IMG/VR virus record: IMGVR_UViG_3300005805_000090
Span: 1-62,426 of that record
Direction: 5' to 3' (one strand)
From: a virus
Lineage: Duplodnaviria; Caudoviricetes
Length of the DNA: 62,426 nucleotides
This document shows positions 1 to 11,057 of this stretch, one piece after another. The notes under the pieces were generated by a model. The model was given only the letters and a program-made list of their open reading frames with translations. It ran no database searches and was not told the origin of the DNA. Each line of letters starts with the position of its first letter. Position 1 is the first letter of the stretch. Position numbers and translations under genes: made by a program.

Positions 1-180
1 GGTAACATGGGTAAATATATCCGTCTGTGCCATAAGCCAGGTGCTTTCATGAATATGTGGCAAACAGGTGGTCGTGCAGCAGCTAACAAGACTGATGTAT
101 GGCAGCTCGGTGTTCACATCGTATCTGAAGTAGCTTACAAATTTGTAAACGCTAACAAGTACGGTTTGTTCACAGCCTAA
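1..180 (+). CDS. Major capsid protein, C-terminal fragment (partial)
   Basis: Frame 1 is open from base 1 (GNMGKYIRLCHK...VSEVAYKFVNANKYGLFTA*) and followed by a strong terminator. Position ahead of the structural block matches crAss-like gene order. Confidence 0.7.
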   Translation, partial: GNMGKYIRLCHKPGAFMNMWQTGGRAAANKTDVWQLGVHIVSEVAYKFVNANKYGLFTA

Positions 181-196
181 TCTTAGTAAACTCAAA

Positions 197-226
197 ATGG
201 GGAGGGGGAAACCTCTCCCCGTTTTA
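197..226 (+). terminator. Intrinsic terminator after the capsid gene
   Basis: ATGGGGAGGG-GGAAA-CCTCTCCCCGT hairpin followed by TTTT. Confidence 0.85.
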
Positions 227-248
227 TACAAACAAAAAATAAAACAAT

Positions 249-1178
249 ATGTTATTTGATCTAAGCAACAATCAACCTGTAGATGTTCCGGAATGGGCAG
301 AGCAGGAATTAAGAAATGAATTTCCTTATTTTTTCAATGAAAAAAGACCCGTTGTTTTGCGGGTTAAAGACCAATATAAATTGAGGACTTACAAAGTCCC
401 CACCAACAGCCCGGATAGCGACCCTGTGTTGATGATTCAGGCTCCCGGTGGTATCTCTATAAAGTCAAGGGGGAATTTTTACGACAAAGAAACTGAGTCG
501 GAATACACATTGATGTACACTACGTCAGCCCCAACCAATATCGGAGGTTCGTACACCTACCAAAACTCACGAATACAAATAAGTGACGGCTTTACAATCC
601 AGCCTCATCAAAAGGATTTGCTTTTTTATATTCAATACATCTGCCCAATTATAGACAATAACAAGTCCGTTAATAAGTCTGTGGGAGTTAAGTATGAATA
701 TGAGAAAAAAGATGTTGAGGCTAAGACTAAGATTAGCGCAGCAAAGGCTGCCCGTGAACTTGAAAACCTCATCTACTTCGATTTGGATTACAAGACAATA
801 TTGAAAGCCGTAGATGGTCTTGGTATGAGTCCGCTTCACACAGAAGAGGAAACTCGCGTAGCTCTTCACGATGCAATCAAGAATGGTAGCGAAACATTTA
901 AGAAGAATGCTTTTGAAATCATCAACTCATCAAAGCCACAGCAAATCAAGACTTCGGAGGGAGAGTCTATTCACGAGTTAGTTAACCGACTAATAAGTGA
1001 GAATTTTATCAAAAATGAGGACGGAATGTGGTATATTCGCGACCGTAGAGGCGATGGTACAAAGTGGTTGAAATCACCATTTTTTGAGTCAGCGCAAACA
1101 GGTAGCGAGGCTGCATTTGCTCTGATTGATCACCTCAAAGTAAATGAAGAATTATTAGGTAAATTAAGAAAACTATAA
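249..1178 (+). CDS. Conserved post-capsid protein (position of crAss gene-75-like protein)
   Basis: 309-aa ORF with an A-rich leader; function from synteny only. Confidence 0.55.
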   Translation: MLFDLSNNQPVDVPEWAEQELRNEFPYFFNEKRPVVLRVKDQYKLRTYKVPTNSPDSDPVLMIQAPGGISIKSRGNFYDKETESEYTLMYTTSAPTNIGGSYTYQNSRIQISDGFTIQPHQKDLLFYIQYICPIIDNNKSVNKSVGVKYEYEKKDVEAKTKISAAKAARELENLIYFDLDYKTILKAVDGLGMSPLHTEEETRVALHDAIKNGSETFKKNAFEIINSSKPQQIKTSEGESIHELVNRLISENFIKNEDGMWYIRDRRGDGTKWLKSPFFESAQTGSEAAFALIDHLKVNEELLGKLRKL

Positions 1179-1182
1179 AAAG

Positions 1183-3624
1183 ATGATTAGCACCGTATCC
1201 TTTTCGTTTGATTTAACCGCATCCCCGCCAAGGGCCGTTATTGTTGATTCTACGAATTATGCCACATTGTTATCCCCTGCAACCGTAGCAACTCAACAAG
1301 CAAAAGGATACGGTGTTCTTACTTTTAATGGCGACATAATTGAGGAAAAAAACACCTCTTCAAATCCGCTCATTGATATTCAGGCGGGACAAACAACGGC
1401 TTATATTGACCTTCCGCTTGACAACAATGGCAATGTAGCTAATGGGGTTTATGGCTTTGAGTATAGTTTAAGATTAGATTCCACAACGTTTCTGTCTGGA
1501 GGCACTGTTTCAGGAGGCACAACATTTACAAATACAAGTGATTGGTTAGGCAACTTTTTAAAAACAGGTGACTCCATAGATTTACAACCCTTCCCAGGTT
1601 CGCCGGTAATAAATACAGTTTCATCTGCGGCCGTTGTTGGTGGGGACACGGAGTTGACACTGGGAACCTCAGTTGCGAATGGCACTTATTTTCTATATGT
1701 AAATAATGTCGTTACAGAGCAGTTTAATGAAACTTATTCATATGCAGGATGCACTCAAACAACCGCTGATGTAAATTTCACCTATGATTGCGAGTATGGA
1801 AATAGCGGAACATGGGCTGTATCAAATGCTACGGTTTTAGGTTCAAACGAGATAGTATCAAGCCTTAGTTGCACGATAAACTACCCATCCTGGACAAATG
1901 TGGACCCTATATTCAATCCACAAATAATTACTACATCTCTACCCTATTCTCCACCCGTTGAAACGGAACCTCTTCTTGCTACGGGTACTTATAGCGTTAT
2001 TTTGTCGGAACAGATTCAACAAACCCAATCATCGGGTCTTACTGTTCTTTATAGCAAATCTATAACCAAGGAGTTTACTGTAAGCTGTGCCGGAACTCTG
2101 TGTGGACTTGTTCCCTGTATTGAGAACCTTCGCGCTGCCCACGCGGCAGAACTTATTCGAAATAAAGTTTCTAAATATCAAGTGTATGTAGACAACGTTC
2201 TTCTTTACTACACCGAGGCAATGAACTACAAGGCTTGCGGTGAACTTGATAAGTACAAGGAAACTATTGCGCTTCTTCAGGCGCAGTTGGACGCTTCAGG
2301 ATGCGACTGTGCTTGTTGTGATGATGAAACTTATTACTGGGTATCAAACAACTCAGCCAACTCAATAATCGACGAATTGCTTGCCAACTTCCAATTCCGT
2401 TTGTATGATGGCGAGGGCAGCGACCCAGGCCCGACTCAAACAGGCGTTGAACTTGGCGCTCTTTGGGAGGATACTTCTACGGGTATTCTTTATCGATGTA
2501 CTGACGCCACACCTAGCTACTTGCAATGGGAGCAATATTATGATCCAAATGCAGCCGCGTCTAGTCTAACAGCAACCCCTAGTAGTCCATATTTAACATC
2601 TAACAATGTTCAGGGCCAATTAGTAAACACGAATACGGCGCTTGTTAATCTTGATTCCTATGTAGATAGCCTTAATGGAACTAATGGGGTAAGCAGAACC
2701 GGAAACAACTTTTTGCTTGGGGGTTCTTTGACACAAAACACAACTATAAATAAGGGTACATATGACTTAAATATAGATTCAACTAGTGGAGACATAAATA
2801 TAACATCTACAAGTGGGGACGTAAACATAGACGCCGATCTTTATGTATCATCTACCGGAACCGCTATTTTTATAGAGGGAACAACTAGGGCAATTTCTGC
2901 TACGGCCACTAACGATCAAGCTGCGTTTCTGGAAGTAAATAGAACTACCAATAATACAGTTGCAGAAAATTTAGTTTTAAGAACATCTGTTGATTCAGGA
3001 TCAGGGCTTGCGGGGTTAGGCACTTCTATTCAGTTTGAATCGGAAGGTACTTCGGCGGTTATAAGTACTGCCGCAATAGAAAGTCTAATAACAAATCCTA
3101 GTACTGGTAGAGGATCGCTTCAGCTTAAGGTAAAAAGTGTAAGCTCAACCCCTTCTGCGGCACTTACTTTAAACGATACATTATCTGCTACTTTAAATGC
3201 CTATGGAGGTGGAACTTATTTGAATAATTCACCTAAATATTTTCTTAGTATAGATAGTGGTGGTTTGATATACGAGACAAGTTTGCCCATTTACACAATG
3301 GCAATTGCAAGAATCAGTCAGTCTGGTCTTTATCCTGGAAATCCACCAACACTTATTCAAACCGTATACAATAATACTGCGCAGACATTTAGCTTTAATC
3401 ATGACGGTGTTGGTGTATATAGAATAATATTAAGCGGTAGTGTTATAAACTCCACAAAAACTTCAGTTGCTATAACCAATGGATTCGGAACAACTAGGAT
3501 TGGTTTTGTGTATGCAGAACCAAATGCAGCTGGATACATAATCCTAAGAACTTATGATGAAAGTGGGGTAGCTTCTGATGGTGTTTTAAATAACGCTACT
3601 ATTGAAATAAAGATATTTGAATAA
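1183..3624 (+). CDS. Virion structural protein, tail hub/fibre-like
   Basis: 813 aa; beta-rich N-terminus, Cys cluster (CAGTLCGLVPC...GCDCACCDD), S/T/G-rich fibre-like C-terminal half. Confidence 0.6.
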   Translation: MISTVSFSFDLTASPPRAVIVDSTNYATLLSPATVATQQAKGYGVLTFNGDIIEEKNTSSNPLIDIQAGQTTAYIDLPLDNNGNVANGVYGFEYSLRLDSTTFLSGGTVSGGTTFTNTSDWLGNFLKTGDSIDLQPFPGSPVINTVSSAAVVGGDTELTLGTSVANGTYFLYVNNVVTEQFNETYSYAGCTQTTADVNFTYDCEYGNSGTWAVSNATVLGSNEIVSSLSCTINYPSWTNVDPIFNPQIITTSLPYSPPVETEPLLATGTYSVILSEQIQQTQSSGLTVLYSKSITKEFTVSCAGTLCGLVPCIENLRAAHAAELIRNKVSKYQVYVDNVLLYYTEAMNYKACGELDKYKETIALLQAQLDASGCDCACCDDETYYWVSNNSANSIIDELLANFQFRLYDGEGSDPGPTQTGVELGALWEDTSTGILYRCTDATPSYLQWEQYYDPNAAASSLTATPSSPYLTSNNVQGQLVNTNTALVNLDSYVDSLNGTNGVSRTGNNFLLGGSLTQNTTINKGTYDLNIDSTSGDINITSTSGDVNIDADLYVSSTGTAIFIEGTTRAISATATNDQAAFLEVNRTTNNTVAENLVLRTSVDSGSGLAGLGTSIQFESEGTSAVISTAAIESLITNPSTGRGSLQLKVKSVSSTPSAALTLNDTLSATLNAYGGGTYLNNSPKYFLSIDSGGLIYETSLPIYTMAIARISQSGLYPGNPPTLIQTVYNNTAQTFSFNHDGVGVYRIILSGSVINSTKTSVAITNGFGTTRIGFVYAEPNAAGYIILRTYDESGVASDGVLNNATIEIKIFE

Positions 3625-4376
3625 TGATCACCAACCTCGGTCAAATATACGATGAGCTTCTCTTCAGGGCCGGAAAGGACCTGAGGGGTGGCTACATCAC
3701 GCCTGATGACTTCAATCGGGCGATAAAAATTGTTAACCAGCGTTATTTGAATACGCTCGTGGATAATTTTGAAGAAAGCCGAGAGATTACAAGTGACCTT
3801 CAGACTTTTATTAAGACCCTAGGCTCTCCGCAGTATCCCGCAATGACATTCACCCCAGTATTGCAGGGCAGGCCAGAGCGTGGGGGGTATGCGGATGTCC
3901 CTGCGGACATTTGGTATCAGGCAACGGCAAGTTTTCTTGAGATACTCAACAATAACTGCTCGTATGAGACAAACTATCGGAGCGTTGAGTTTGTGAGCCA
4001 ACACGAGTTTGACGCCAAGATGCGTAACTCAATCACAAGCCCGGTTGACAACCCAAGTGAAAACGACCCAATCCTTGTCACTCGGAATGATAAATATTTT
4101 ATCTATCCCTACCTGCCTCGCATAACATTTACATACATACGCGAACCTATTCAGCCCGTGTTTGATTATGACACGAATCAATTTGGAGTTCCCGTATATT
4201 TGCCGCCGGGTTCTGTTCACACAACGGGGCCAAACGCGGGTTTACCAAGCTCAAGTGTTGAGTTTGAATACCCCGAAAGCTGCGTAGACCACCTAACGGA
4301 CTTGATTAAGACTTACATCGGTATTGGTAACGAAACCCAATGGAATATTTCCACTCAAATGCCAAGTAAGGTATGA
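3624..4376 (+). CDS. Tail ring / tubular (adaptor) protein
   Basis: N-terminal K..RGGYITPDDFN and TFTYIREP motifs typical of crAss-like ring proteins; TAATG coupling. Confidence 0.65.
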   Translation: MITNLGQIYDELLFRAGKDLRGGYITPDDFNRAIKIVNQRYLNTLVDNFEESREITSDLQTFIKTLGSPQYPAMTFTPVLQGRPERGGYADVPADIWYQATASFLEILNNNCSYETNYRSVEFVSQHEFDAKMRNSITSPVDNPSENDPILVTRNDKYFIYPYLPRITFTYIREPIQPVFDYDTNQFGVPVYLPPGSVHTTGPNAGLPSSSVEFEYPESCVDHLTDLIKTYIGIGNETQWNISTQMPSKV

Positions 4377-4993
4377 TAACAAAGCGTCAGGCCATAGAAT
4401 TAATACAGCACCGGTTGACAGGCGGGGACACCCCCGAAGATTTACGGCGTCTGTACCCTCGTTCGATTATTTCTCGAATGCTCAATCTTGCCCTTGCTGA
4501 TGTCGTTTCACGCGACCCCTATGAGGCGAGCGACATGGCGGTTCCGTATACGTTTACTCCTGCATCTGATTCAAACGGATACTACGTGACGTTGAGTCCG
4601 CAGCCAATCGCGGGGAGCATGGCTATTTTCAGCGTAGAGGACCAGTCGACAGGAGATAATGGATATATTGTACAGACCAAGTCTGAGGCAACGGCAATAA
4701 ACATTCTGCGTGGTGGAAATAGTTCTGCCGCAATCCTTTTTAAGGACAAACTCCGCTTCAACAGAAAGCCCGAAGGGGACGTTACGGTAACTATGGTTCC
4801 GAACGTGTATCAGATGGACGACGATGACATCTTGGTGATTCCAAGTGACGAGACAGGAAAGGGGGAGGCAATGCTCTTCCAAATGTGTATGCAGATGCTT
4901 ATGACACAGGGAATACAAGACGACTTGAACGACGATGCTATTGACGCTCAGAAGTTTGCTAAGGATACCTCAAGACTGTATACTAATCAATGA
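4373..4993 (+). CDS. Tail ring protein (putative)
   Basis: 206 aa, ATGA-coupled in the tail operon; helical N-terminus plus beta core. Confidence 0.55.
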   Translation: MITKRQAIELIQHRLTGGDTPEDLRRLYPRSIISRMLNLALADVVSRDPYEASDMAVPYTFTPASDSNGYYVTLSPQPIAGSMAIFSVEDQSTGDNGYIVQTKSEATAINILRGGNSSAAILFKDKLRFNRKPEGDVTVTMVPNVYQMDDDDILVIPSDETGKGEAMLFQMCMQMLMTQGIQDDLNDDAIDAQKFAKDTSRLYTNQ

Positions 4994-5721
4994 CAATCAA
5001 GAACATAAAATATATAGCAACCTCAGCCCTGTACCGACTGGGCAAGAACCCTGTTGGCCGTGAGCTTACGTGGATGACACAGGTTGCGATTGATTACTTA
5101 AGCGAAAAGGCTCCCCTTGACGGGAACGTGTCGCTTAAAACGATTTATGCCAAGATAGATACCGGGGCGCGGGTGTTCACTATGCCCGGAGATTGCATGA
5201 GGATTTCCAAGATAGGTTTGAAGTCAGGACGTCGCATTTGGACGTTGACTCCAGATACATCTTTGACATATCCTGAAGAGTTCTTCCGATGCGAGAGTGA
5301 TCAGAACGACGATGTTGTGCTTGATGGCTTCTTTCCAACGGGTTACTTTGGTTACTTTTACAACTATCCAAGCTACACGGTTGGCGGTGGCCGTAATGAA
5401 AACTACTACCGCGTGGATGGTAATAACATCATTTTTAGTCACAACATACCCGACGGTCAACTTGTTATTGAATATTTTTCAAACGGCTCTGCTGTAAATG
5501 AAAATACATTGATTGACACGGCTTATGCAGAGCCATTCCGCTTATATTTGATGAGCGAATATTGCCTTCACAAAGGTGGCGCAGAGGACAAGGCTAAGTA
5601 CAAGGAATTGCAGATGCAGTATGAGGCAGCCCAATGGAGCGCAAACCTTTTGGTTAAGGCTCCGCGCCTGAGTGAAATGATTGACGCGCTTGCACAGAGT
5701 TCAGAGTTTAATCTAGGATAA
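4990..5721 (+). CDS. Tail tubular / ring protein (putative)
   Basis: 243 aa directly upstream of the stabilization protein; MPGDCMRISKIG and LVIEY motifs. Confidence 0.6.
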   Translation: MTIKNIKYIATSALYRLGKNPVGRELTWMTQVAIDYLSEKAPLDGNVSLKTIYAKIDTGARVFTMPGDCMRISKIGLKSGRRIWTLTPDTSLTYPEEFFRCESDQNDDVVLDGFFPTGYFGYFYNYPSYTVGGGRNENYYRVDGNNIIFSHNIPDGQLVIEYFSNGSAVNENTLIDTAYAEPFRLYLMSEYCLHKGGAEDKAKYKELQMQYEAAQWSANLLVKAPRLSEMIDALAQSSEFNLG

Positions 5722-8700
5722 TGGATTTCAACGAGATAATAACATTTGAAGGTGGATTAAACACCGACGATACTCCACAGAGTATGCCCAAGGGCGATTA
5801 CCGAGACTTATCGTATTGTCGTATTGGTTATAATTCTGGAAACGCTTACTCTGTTGTTACCTCTCAAGGAACCCTTCTTATTGAAAATACGGAGATTACA
5901 TCTGTTGATAAAATATTAGGTGCGACCACATGGCAAAAAACAAATTCCATCGTATACTTTGTTTTTAAGGACGATGGAGAACATCAGATATGGGTTTATG
6001 ATATTTCAGCTCAAACCCACACCCTAGCGGTAGAGGGAGGCGAACTTAATTTTAGTCCGGACTGGCCGATTTATCACGCCAACATTATAGATGATATTTT
6101 GAAGTGGACTGACGGACGCTGGGATCCACAAATGTATGGTCCGGATGGCGAAAGACTATTTAACCCTCCGTATCAAATAAATCTAGCTAAGGCACTTGAA
6201 TCACCAAGCCCTAATGGTTTTTATACCGTAGTTGATCTTCAGACTATTGATGCGATTAAGTGGCCAATGGATCCTCCTATAGTGAGTTATTTTACGGACC
6301 CAACGCGACAGGACAATAAGCTCCGAAACAAACTATTTAAGTTCATAGTTCAGCCGATTTATGAAAATGGAGAGGTGGGTGCTTGGTCTATGTATTCTGA
6401 TTTACCGCTGCCGCAACAATCAGAACTTGTATCTGGAACTAACTGGCTATACCCAAACAATAGTAATGGAATAAAAATTCAATTTTACACAGGTCCCAAA
6501 ATAATACGCAAGTTCAATATAGCTGTTCAGCAATTTGATAAAGACAATTTTGGCGCGGAACCTCCGTTTGGAATTTTTTTACAACTTGATAAGGAACAAG
6601 ATTCGATATTAGACAATGAATTGTATTTTGTAGATTTCTATGGCGACGCAGCTTTGGCTCCCGCTATAGATTTTTTCAAGAACTATGATAGGCTTCCTAT
6701 AACAGCTGATTGTCAAGAGTACCTCCCAACGAGTCAATTGACGTATGTTAATTTCAGGGAAGGATACAATAAGCCTTCAGCAGAATATGAGCTGTTAAAT
6801 GTAAATGTTGGATACGATTTGAATGAAATAAATTGGAATCCAAATGCGGTAGTTACAATGGAGTTTATAGTGAACTTCCCCTCATTTACTAAGTATCTAA
6901 ATTATATAAATTTTCCCATATTAAGCCTTGAATCTGAAGTAGCTCAGTTTTTTAAATTTGCAGCAGGAAGCACGTTTTCAATGACCGTAAAAAATTACGG
7001 AACCTTTGTGTATACGATTACAGAATCTAATATACAAAACGCCCTGCAAGAATCTACAATTATATTGCAAAATCTTTACATAATGCAATTGATTGGGGAT
7101 GAATTTAGCAATCAATTTGGACTTCCGTTAGGAACGGCTGGCAATCTCATACTTCCAAGTGGAACTACAAACAGATGGGGCTATTATTGGACTAGCGGAA
7201 CCTTTTCCGTACAACAAGATGATCCTGTTCCTGGTTTTTCAATAAATACAATTTTTTCATCAATACCAGCAATCAATACAAATGCAGCCCCTTCGTTAAA
7301 ATCGGGAGCCACGCATAGTTTCGGGATTGTGTATGGGGATAGGGCTTATAGGGATAGCACTGTTTACACGGTAGATTCAATGGATCTTTTTGTTCCGTGG
7401 TTCTTTGATATAAATAGAGATGGGTTAAATGAAATCAATAATCCATTTACCATAACGCCTAATTTCACAATAAACCACATACCTCCAGTTTGGGCAACAA
7501 AGTATTGGATAGTCGCCAAGCCAGCCACTGAGGTTTTAGATTTCTCTCAATACACGACAAACAATATTGACGCCCCTTACACATCACACGTTTCTTCAAT
7601 TGTATTAGATTCAGCAACACAAAATAGATATAAGATAGTTTTAGACAATTATTATCTAACTCAAAACAAGGGGGCGGTAATAAGACATCAGATAAGAGTT
7701 GGGGACAAAATTAGGTTTATACGAAGAAGAGCCTCTGGATATTTTAACAATGCAAGTTTTATCCCATATCTCGAATACTTGGAGCTTGATGTTGTAGATT
7801 ACGTTGAGTCAGACGCCTCAAACGGAAATAGACAGGTTGTTTACACGAACTTATTTGATACATCACTTATCGATATTACAGATTTAGCAGGTGTAAATAA
7901 TCAACTTTTTGGTTCTTTAATAGAAATATACACACCTCGACCATCCGTTGACGATACTGGCAATATTTTCATAAGCCCTTGGAATGACATTAGTCAGGCT
8001 ATTGATATAAAAAACCCTCACACCAACGACAGATCTCACGCTTCCCCACCTAAAGCATACTTACAGGTTGGCAATGTTAATCCATATCCATCCTCTGTAT
8101 ATATTTACGTATATGGTGATAGTTCGGGATTGGCCTTTACATATCAAGATATAACTATTTATTATGATGATGGAACTACGGAAACTCAAATTGGAGCATA
8201 CATAAGTTCTGCGAATTATTATCAAAATTATAATACGACATTATTTGTTTTTTCAACCGTATCGGCTGATTCTTCTATGTCATACATAACAATAGATAAT
8301 CAATCTCAAGTTGTAACCGACCTAACATCAACATCTCCCGCCTCATTTGGACTTAATTACGGGGACGTGTATGTAAGACAGAGAAATTACCTAACCGGAT
8401 TGACGGGAAGCGATGCTATTGCTTATTATTACATAGAAGACCCAAACTATTCGGATTATTGGCAAAGCGATGTTCACAGTACGGGAAGATTAAGGATTGA
8501 AGATCAGAACGCCAAGATGGCTAATCGCCAGGCCACGGCAATTCATTCCGACTCATTTATTGCGGGAACACAAATAAATGGTTTATCTTCCTTTGCCTTG
8601 GATAATCAAAACATCCAAGACTTAAATGCCGTTTACGGCCCCGTAGTTAGAGCGTTTATGTCGGGCAGGGAGGGTAAGACGTTAAAGTGTCTTCAGCCCA

Positions 8701-9854
8701 AGAAAGAGAACTCTATCTACATTCAATACTATCCTAACGAGGTTGGGTCAGACTCAACGGTTCGTGTATCGAATAGAACGTTCGCTTCTTGGTTTGACAA
8801 CAAGAGTCTTTTGGGGTGTACTAATCCTGGGGCCTCAGTTGTTCTCCCTAATGGAGCGGCGATGTACTTTGATAACAACACCGGAGTGTTTGTGTATTCG
8901 GGGGGTAACGGTCAGATTCAAGTAAGCGAGATAGATCCTGACACTAGGTCAGATTACAAGTTCAGAACTAAGACTAAGCAACTAGCAAAGACTTACAATG
9001 AAAACACAAACCCGGTAGTAAGAACTTATGTGAATGAATCTGTCGGCGAGGCTGGGTTTGCCTTTGAATTTATAGATCCTAATACGGACGATTCTTATTA
9101 CGACCACGTAGTGTTTGACTATGTGAACATGAGGTGGCGTTCAACGTATGACTACAATTTCAGGCAATATTGCAACTTTGGTCAAACCCTGGTAGGCTGG
9201 GGTGTGGACAATCAAATGTATCTGCACAACCAGCCGAATCAATGGACTTTTCACGGGGACCAATTCCTTCAGCAGGTTTCGTTTGTTTCAAATGAGAATC
9301 CATTATTGTTAAAACGCTATCAGGATATTGCATTGGTTTCTGATAAACCCTTTACAATTACAGCTCAGTCAGAACCTAATCAAAGTTACCCGCTTGGGAT
9401 GAATACTCGGATGCCGAAAGAAATTATAAACATTTACGAGGGCTACGGCAAGGTTTACTATCGAAAGAACCTATATGACTCTCGTTTCTTTAATGCCAAT
9501 AACATTTCTGATTCTAACTTGCTTAATTGGGAACTCGATAATAACCAATCAAACCTTTTAAATCAAAACATCACCATCATACAACAAGATGGGGACGTAT
9601 TCACTGGAAAGGTTATATTTGCAATTTACAATCCTTCTACTAATAAGACTGTAGTGGTGTTATTGTCAGACTTTGGTGTCATTTCCCCCAACAGTACGGG
9701 TATTGCGGGAACTTGGTATTATAGTGACCAGGCATATTTGAATGGGGAGGACGTAAGGGCAAACGCATTAACTCACACATTGATTTATGACCCGTCAATA
9801 CTTAACCAAGGGTCTGTTCTTTTCTCTGTTGGAATTAAGGGTGTTTTATCATAA
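5721..9854 (+). CDS. Tail stabilization / muzzle protein (P22 gp10-like)
   Basis: 1377 aa; N-terminal FEGGLNTDD...PKGDYRD motif, FGIVYGD motif, beta-propeller-like composition. Confidence 0.8.
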   Translation: MDFNEIITFEGGLNTDDTPQSMPKGDYRDLSYCRIGYNSGNAYSVVTSQGTLLIENTEITSVDKILGATTWQKTNSIVYFVFKDDGEHQIWVYDISAQTHTLAVEGGELNFSPDWPIYHANIIDDILKWTDGRWDPQMYGPDGERLFNPPYQINLAKALESPSPNGFYTVVDLQTIDAIKWPMDPPIVSYFTDPTRQDNKLRNKLFKFIVQPIYENGEVGAWSMYSDLPLPQQSELVSGTNWLYPNNSNGIKIQFYTGPKIIRKFNIAVQQFDKDNFGAEPPFGIFLQLDKEQDSILDNELYFVDFYGDAALAPAIDFFKNYDRLPITADCQEYLPTSQLTYVNFREGYNKPSAEYELLNVNVGYDLNEINWNPNAVVTMEFIVNFPSFTKYLNYINFPILSLESEVAQFFKFAAGSTFSMTVKNYGTFVYTITESNIQNALQESTIILQNLYIMQLIGDEFSNQFGLPLGTAGNLILPSGTTNRWGYYWTSGTFSVQQDDPVPGFSINTIFSSIPAINTNAAPSLKSGATHSFGIVYGDRAYRDSTVYTVDSMDLFVPWFFDINRDGLNEINNPFTITPNFTINHIPPVWATKYWIVAKPATEVLDFSQYTTNNIDAPYTSHVSSIVLDSATQNRYKIVLDNYYLTQNKGAVIRHQIRVGDKIRFIRRRASGYFNNASFIPYLEYLELDVVDYVESDASNGNRQVVYTNLFDTSLIDITDLAGVNNQLFGSLIEIYTPRPSVDDTGNIFISPWNDISQAIDIKNPHTNDRSHASPPKAYLQVGNVNPYPSSVYIYVYGDSSGLAFTYQDITIYYDDGTTETQIGAYISSANYYQNYNTTLFVFSTVSADSSMSYITIDNQSQVVTDLTSTSPASFGLNYGDVYVRQRNYLTGLTGSDAIAYYYIEDPNYSDYWQSDVHSTGRLRIEDQNAKMANRQATAIHSDSFIAGTQINGLSSFALDNQNIQDLNAVYGPVVRAFMSGREGKTLKCLQPKKENSIYIQYYPNEVGSDSTVRVSNRTFASWFDNKSLLGCTNPGASVVLPNGAAMYFDNNTGVFVYSGGNGQIQVSEIDPDTRSDYKFRTKTKQLAKTYNENTNPVVRTYVNESVGEAGFAFEFIDPNTDDSYYDHVVFDYVNMRWRSTYDYNFRQYCNFGQTLVGWGVDNQMYLHNQPNQWTFHGDQFLQQVSFVSNENPLLLKRYQDIALVSDKPFTITAQSEPNQSYPLGMNTRMPKEIINIYEGYGKVYYRKNLYDSRFFNANNISDSNLLNWELDNNQSNLLNQNITIIQQDGDVFTGKVIFAIYNPSTNKTVVVLLSDFGVISPNSTGIAGTWYYSDQAYLNGEDVRANALTHTLIYDPSILNQGSVLFSVGIKGVLS

Positions 9855-9856
9855 AT

Positions 9857-10300
9857 TTGCCGCTAGTGGACGCCAAAATATCCTATAGCGCCATTCGTGC
9901 TGCATTTGATGGGGACGATGACATAAGGGATTATTGCGACGAGGACAACTCAGATAAAACGCCGGAAGGCGTGGCTGATGATGTTTACGAGAAGCTCTTG
10001 GACTATGAAGAGTTAGTTGATGGAGTGTTTAAGACGCTGATGGTTAACGAAGAAGAAGTTGGATTTGTTTATTATTTTGGGGATGTTTTAGTTAGCTTTG
10101 GAGTGAATAAGGCGTACAGGGACAGAGATTTTTTGACTTCATTGTTTGAAGATATGAAGAGGTGGATGGGTGGTGAGTTTATTACCTTTATGTGGAAAAG
10201 AAACGAAAGGGCGATAAAATGGTTTGAGAAGTGTGGTATGAAGAAAGAGGATTTTGAATTAGATAATGTTATTAAACTAAGATATAAGCCATGCCAGTAA
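9857..10300 (+). CDS. GNAT-fold acetyltransferase-like protein
   Basis: GVNKAYR...NERAIKWFEKCGM GNAT motifs; usual podovirus position between tail and ejection genes. Confidence 0.7.
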   Translation: MPLVDAKISYSAIRAAFDGDDDIRDYCDEDNSDKTPEGVADDVYEKLLDYEELVDGVFKTLMVNEEEVGFVYYFGDVLVSFGVNKAYRDRDFLTSLFEDMKRWMGGEFITFMWKRNERAIKWFEKCGMKKEDFELDNVIKLRYKPCQ

Positions 10301-11046
10301 CAGCAAAAGCGGTAGCTACAGGTGTAAAAATACTTAAGCCAGTTGCAAAGGCTGTAATAGCCGGTGTTCGAGCTAGAAGAGCTAGGAAACAAATTGAGGA
10401 ACTTGAAAAAAACCTCAAGGAACCAAGATACGAGCTTCCTCAGGAGTTAATGTCCACCTACAATATGCAGCTTGGACAAAGGACGGATATGCCTGGTCAA
10501 CAATTGGCTCAGTACGGTTTAGATTATTCTTACGGGGTCGGATTAGGTGGCGCGAGTCGTGCCGCAACAAGTTCTCAAGATCTTTTATCATCAGCAACTC
10601 AATTAGGTCAACAAAGAATGATTGGTGGTCTTGGTTTGGCATCACAAGCTGCTGACTATCAAAGAAAGGCAGAGCAGCAGAAGATGCAAAATTTAGCTGA
10701 TTTGTCAACGCAAATAGCTGGATACAGATACAGTCAGTACGAACAAAACCAATTAAATCCATTCCTTCGAACTTCAGCCGCAATATCTGCATTAAGAGAG
10801 AAAAGATATCAACAGATAAACAATATGACTGAGGGCATTTATAACGCGCTCGATCAGGTATCTGGTGAAATGACTACAGCTCAACAAGCGCAAAACAGTG
10901 GTTATCAAGGAAATATGTCAGGAAATGGAGGTGGTGGACTTAACGCCAATTCTTTAGGCGGAACAACGGGTGGGTCAACCGCTCCCGGAGCGGGTGGTTT
11001 TGATATGAATCAAGTAATTGCCGGAGGCGAAATGTTAGTTGGATAA
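10291..11046 (+). CDS. Small DNA ejection / internal virion protein
   Basis: Q/A/G-rich helical protein, first gene of the ejectosome block. Confidence 0.6.
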   Translation: MPVTAKAVATGVKILKPVAKAVIAGVRARRARKQIEELEKNLKEPRYELPQELMSTYNMQLGQRTDMPGQQLAQYGLDYSYGVGLGGASRAATSSQDLLSSATQLGQQRMIGGLGLASQAADYQRKAEQQKMQNLADLSTQIAGYRYSQYEQNQLNPFLRTSAAISALREKRYQQINNMTEGIYNALDQVSGEMTTAQQAQNSGYQGNMSGNGGGGLNANSLGGTTGGSTAPGAGGFDMNQVIAGGEMLVG

Positions 11047-11057
11047 AAATAAATGAA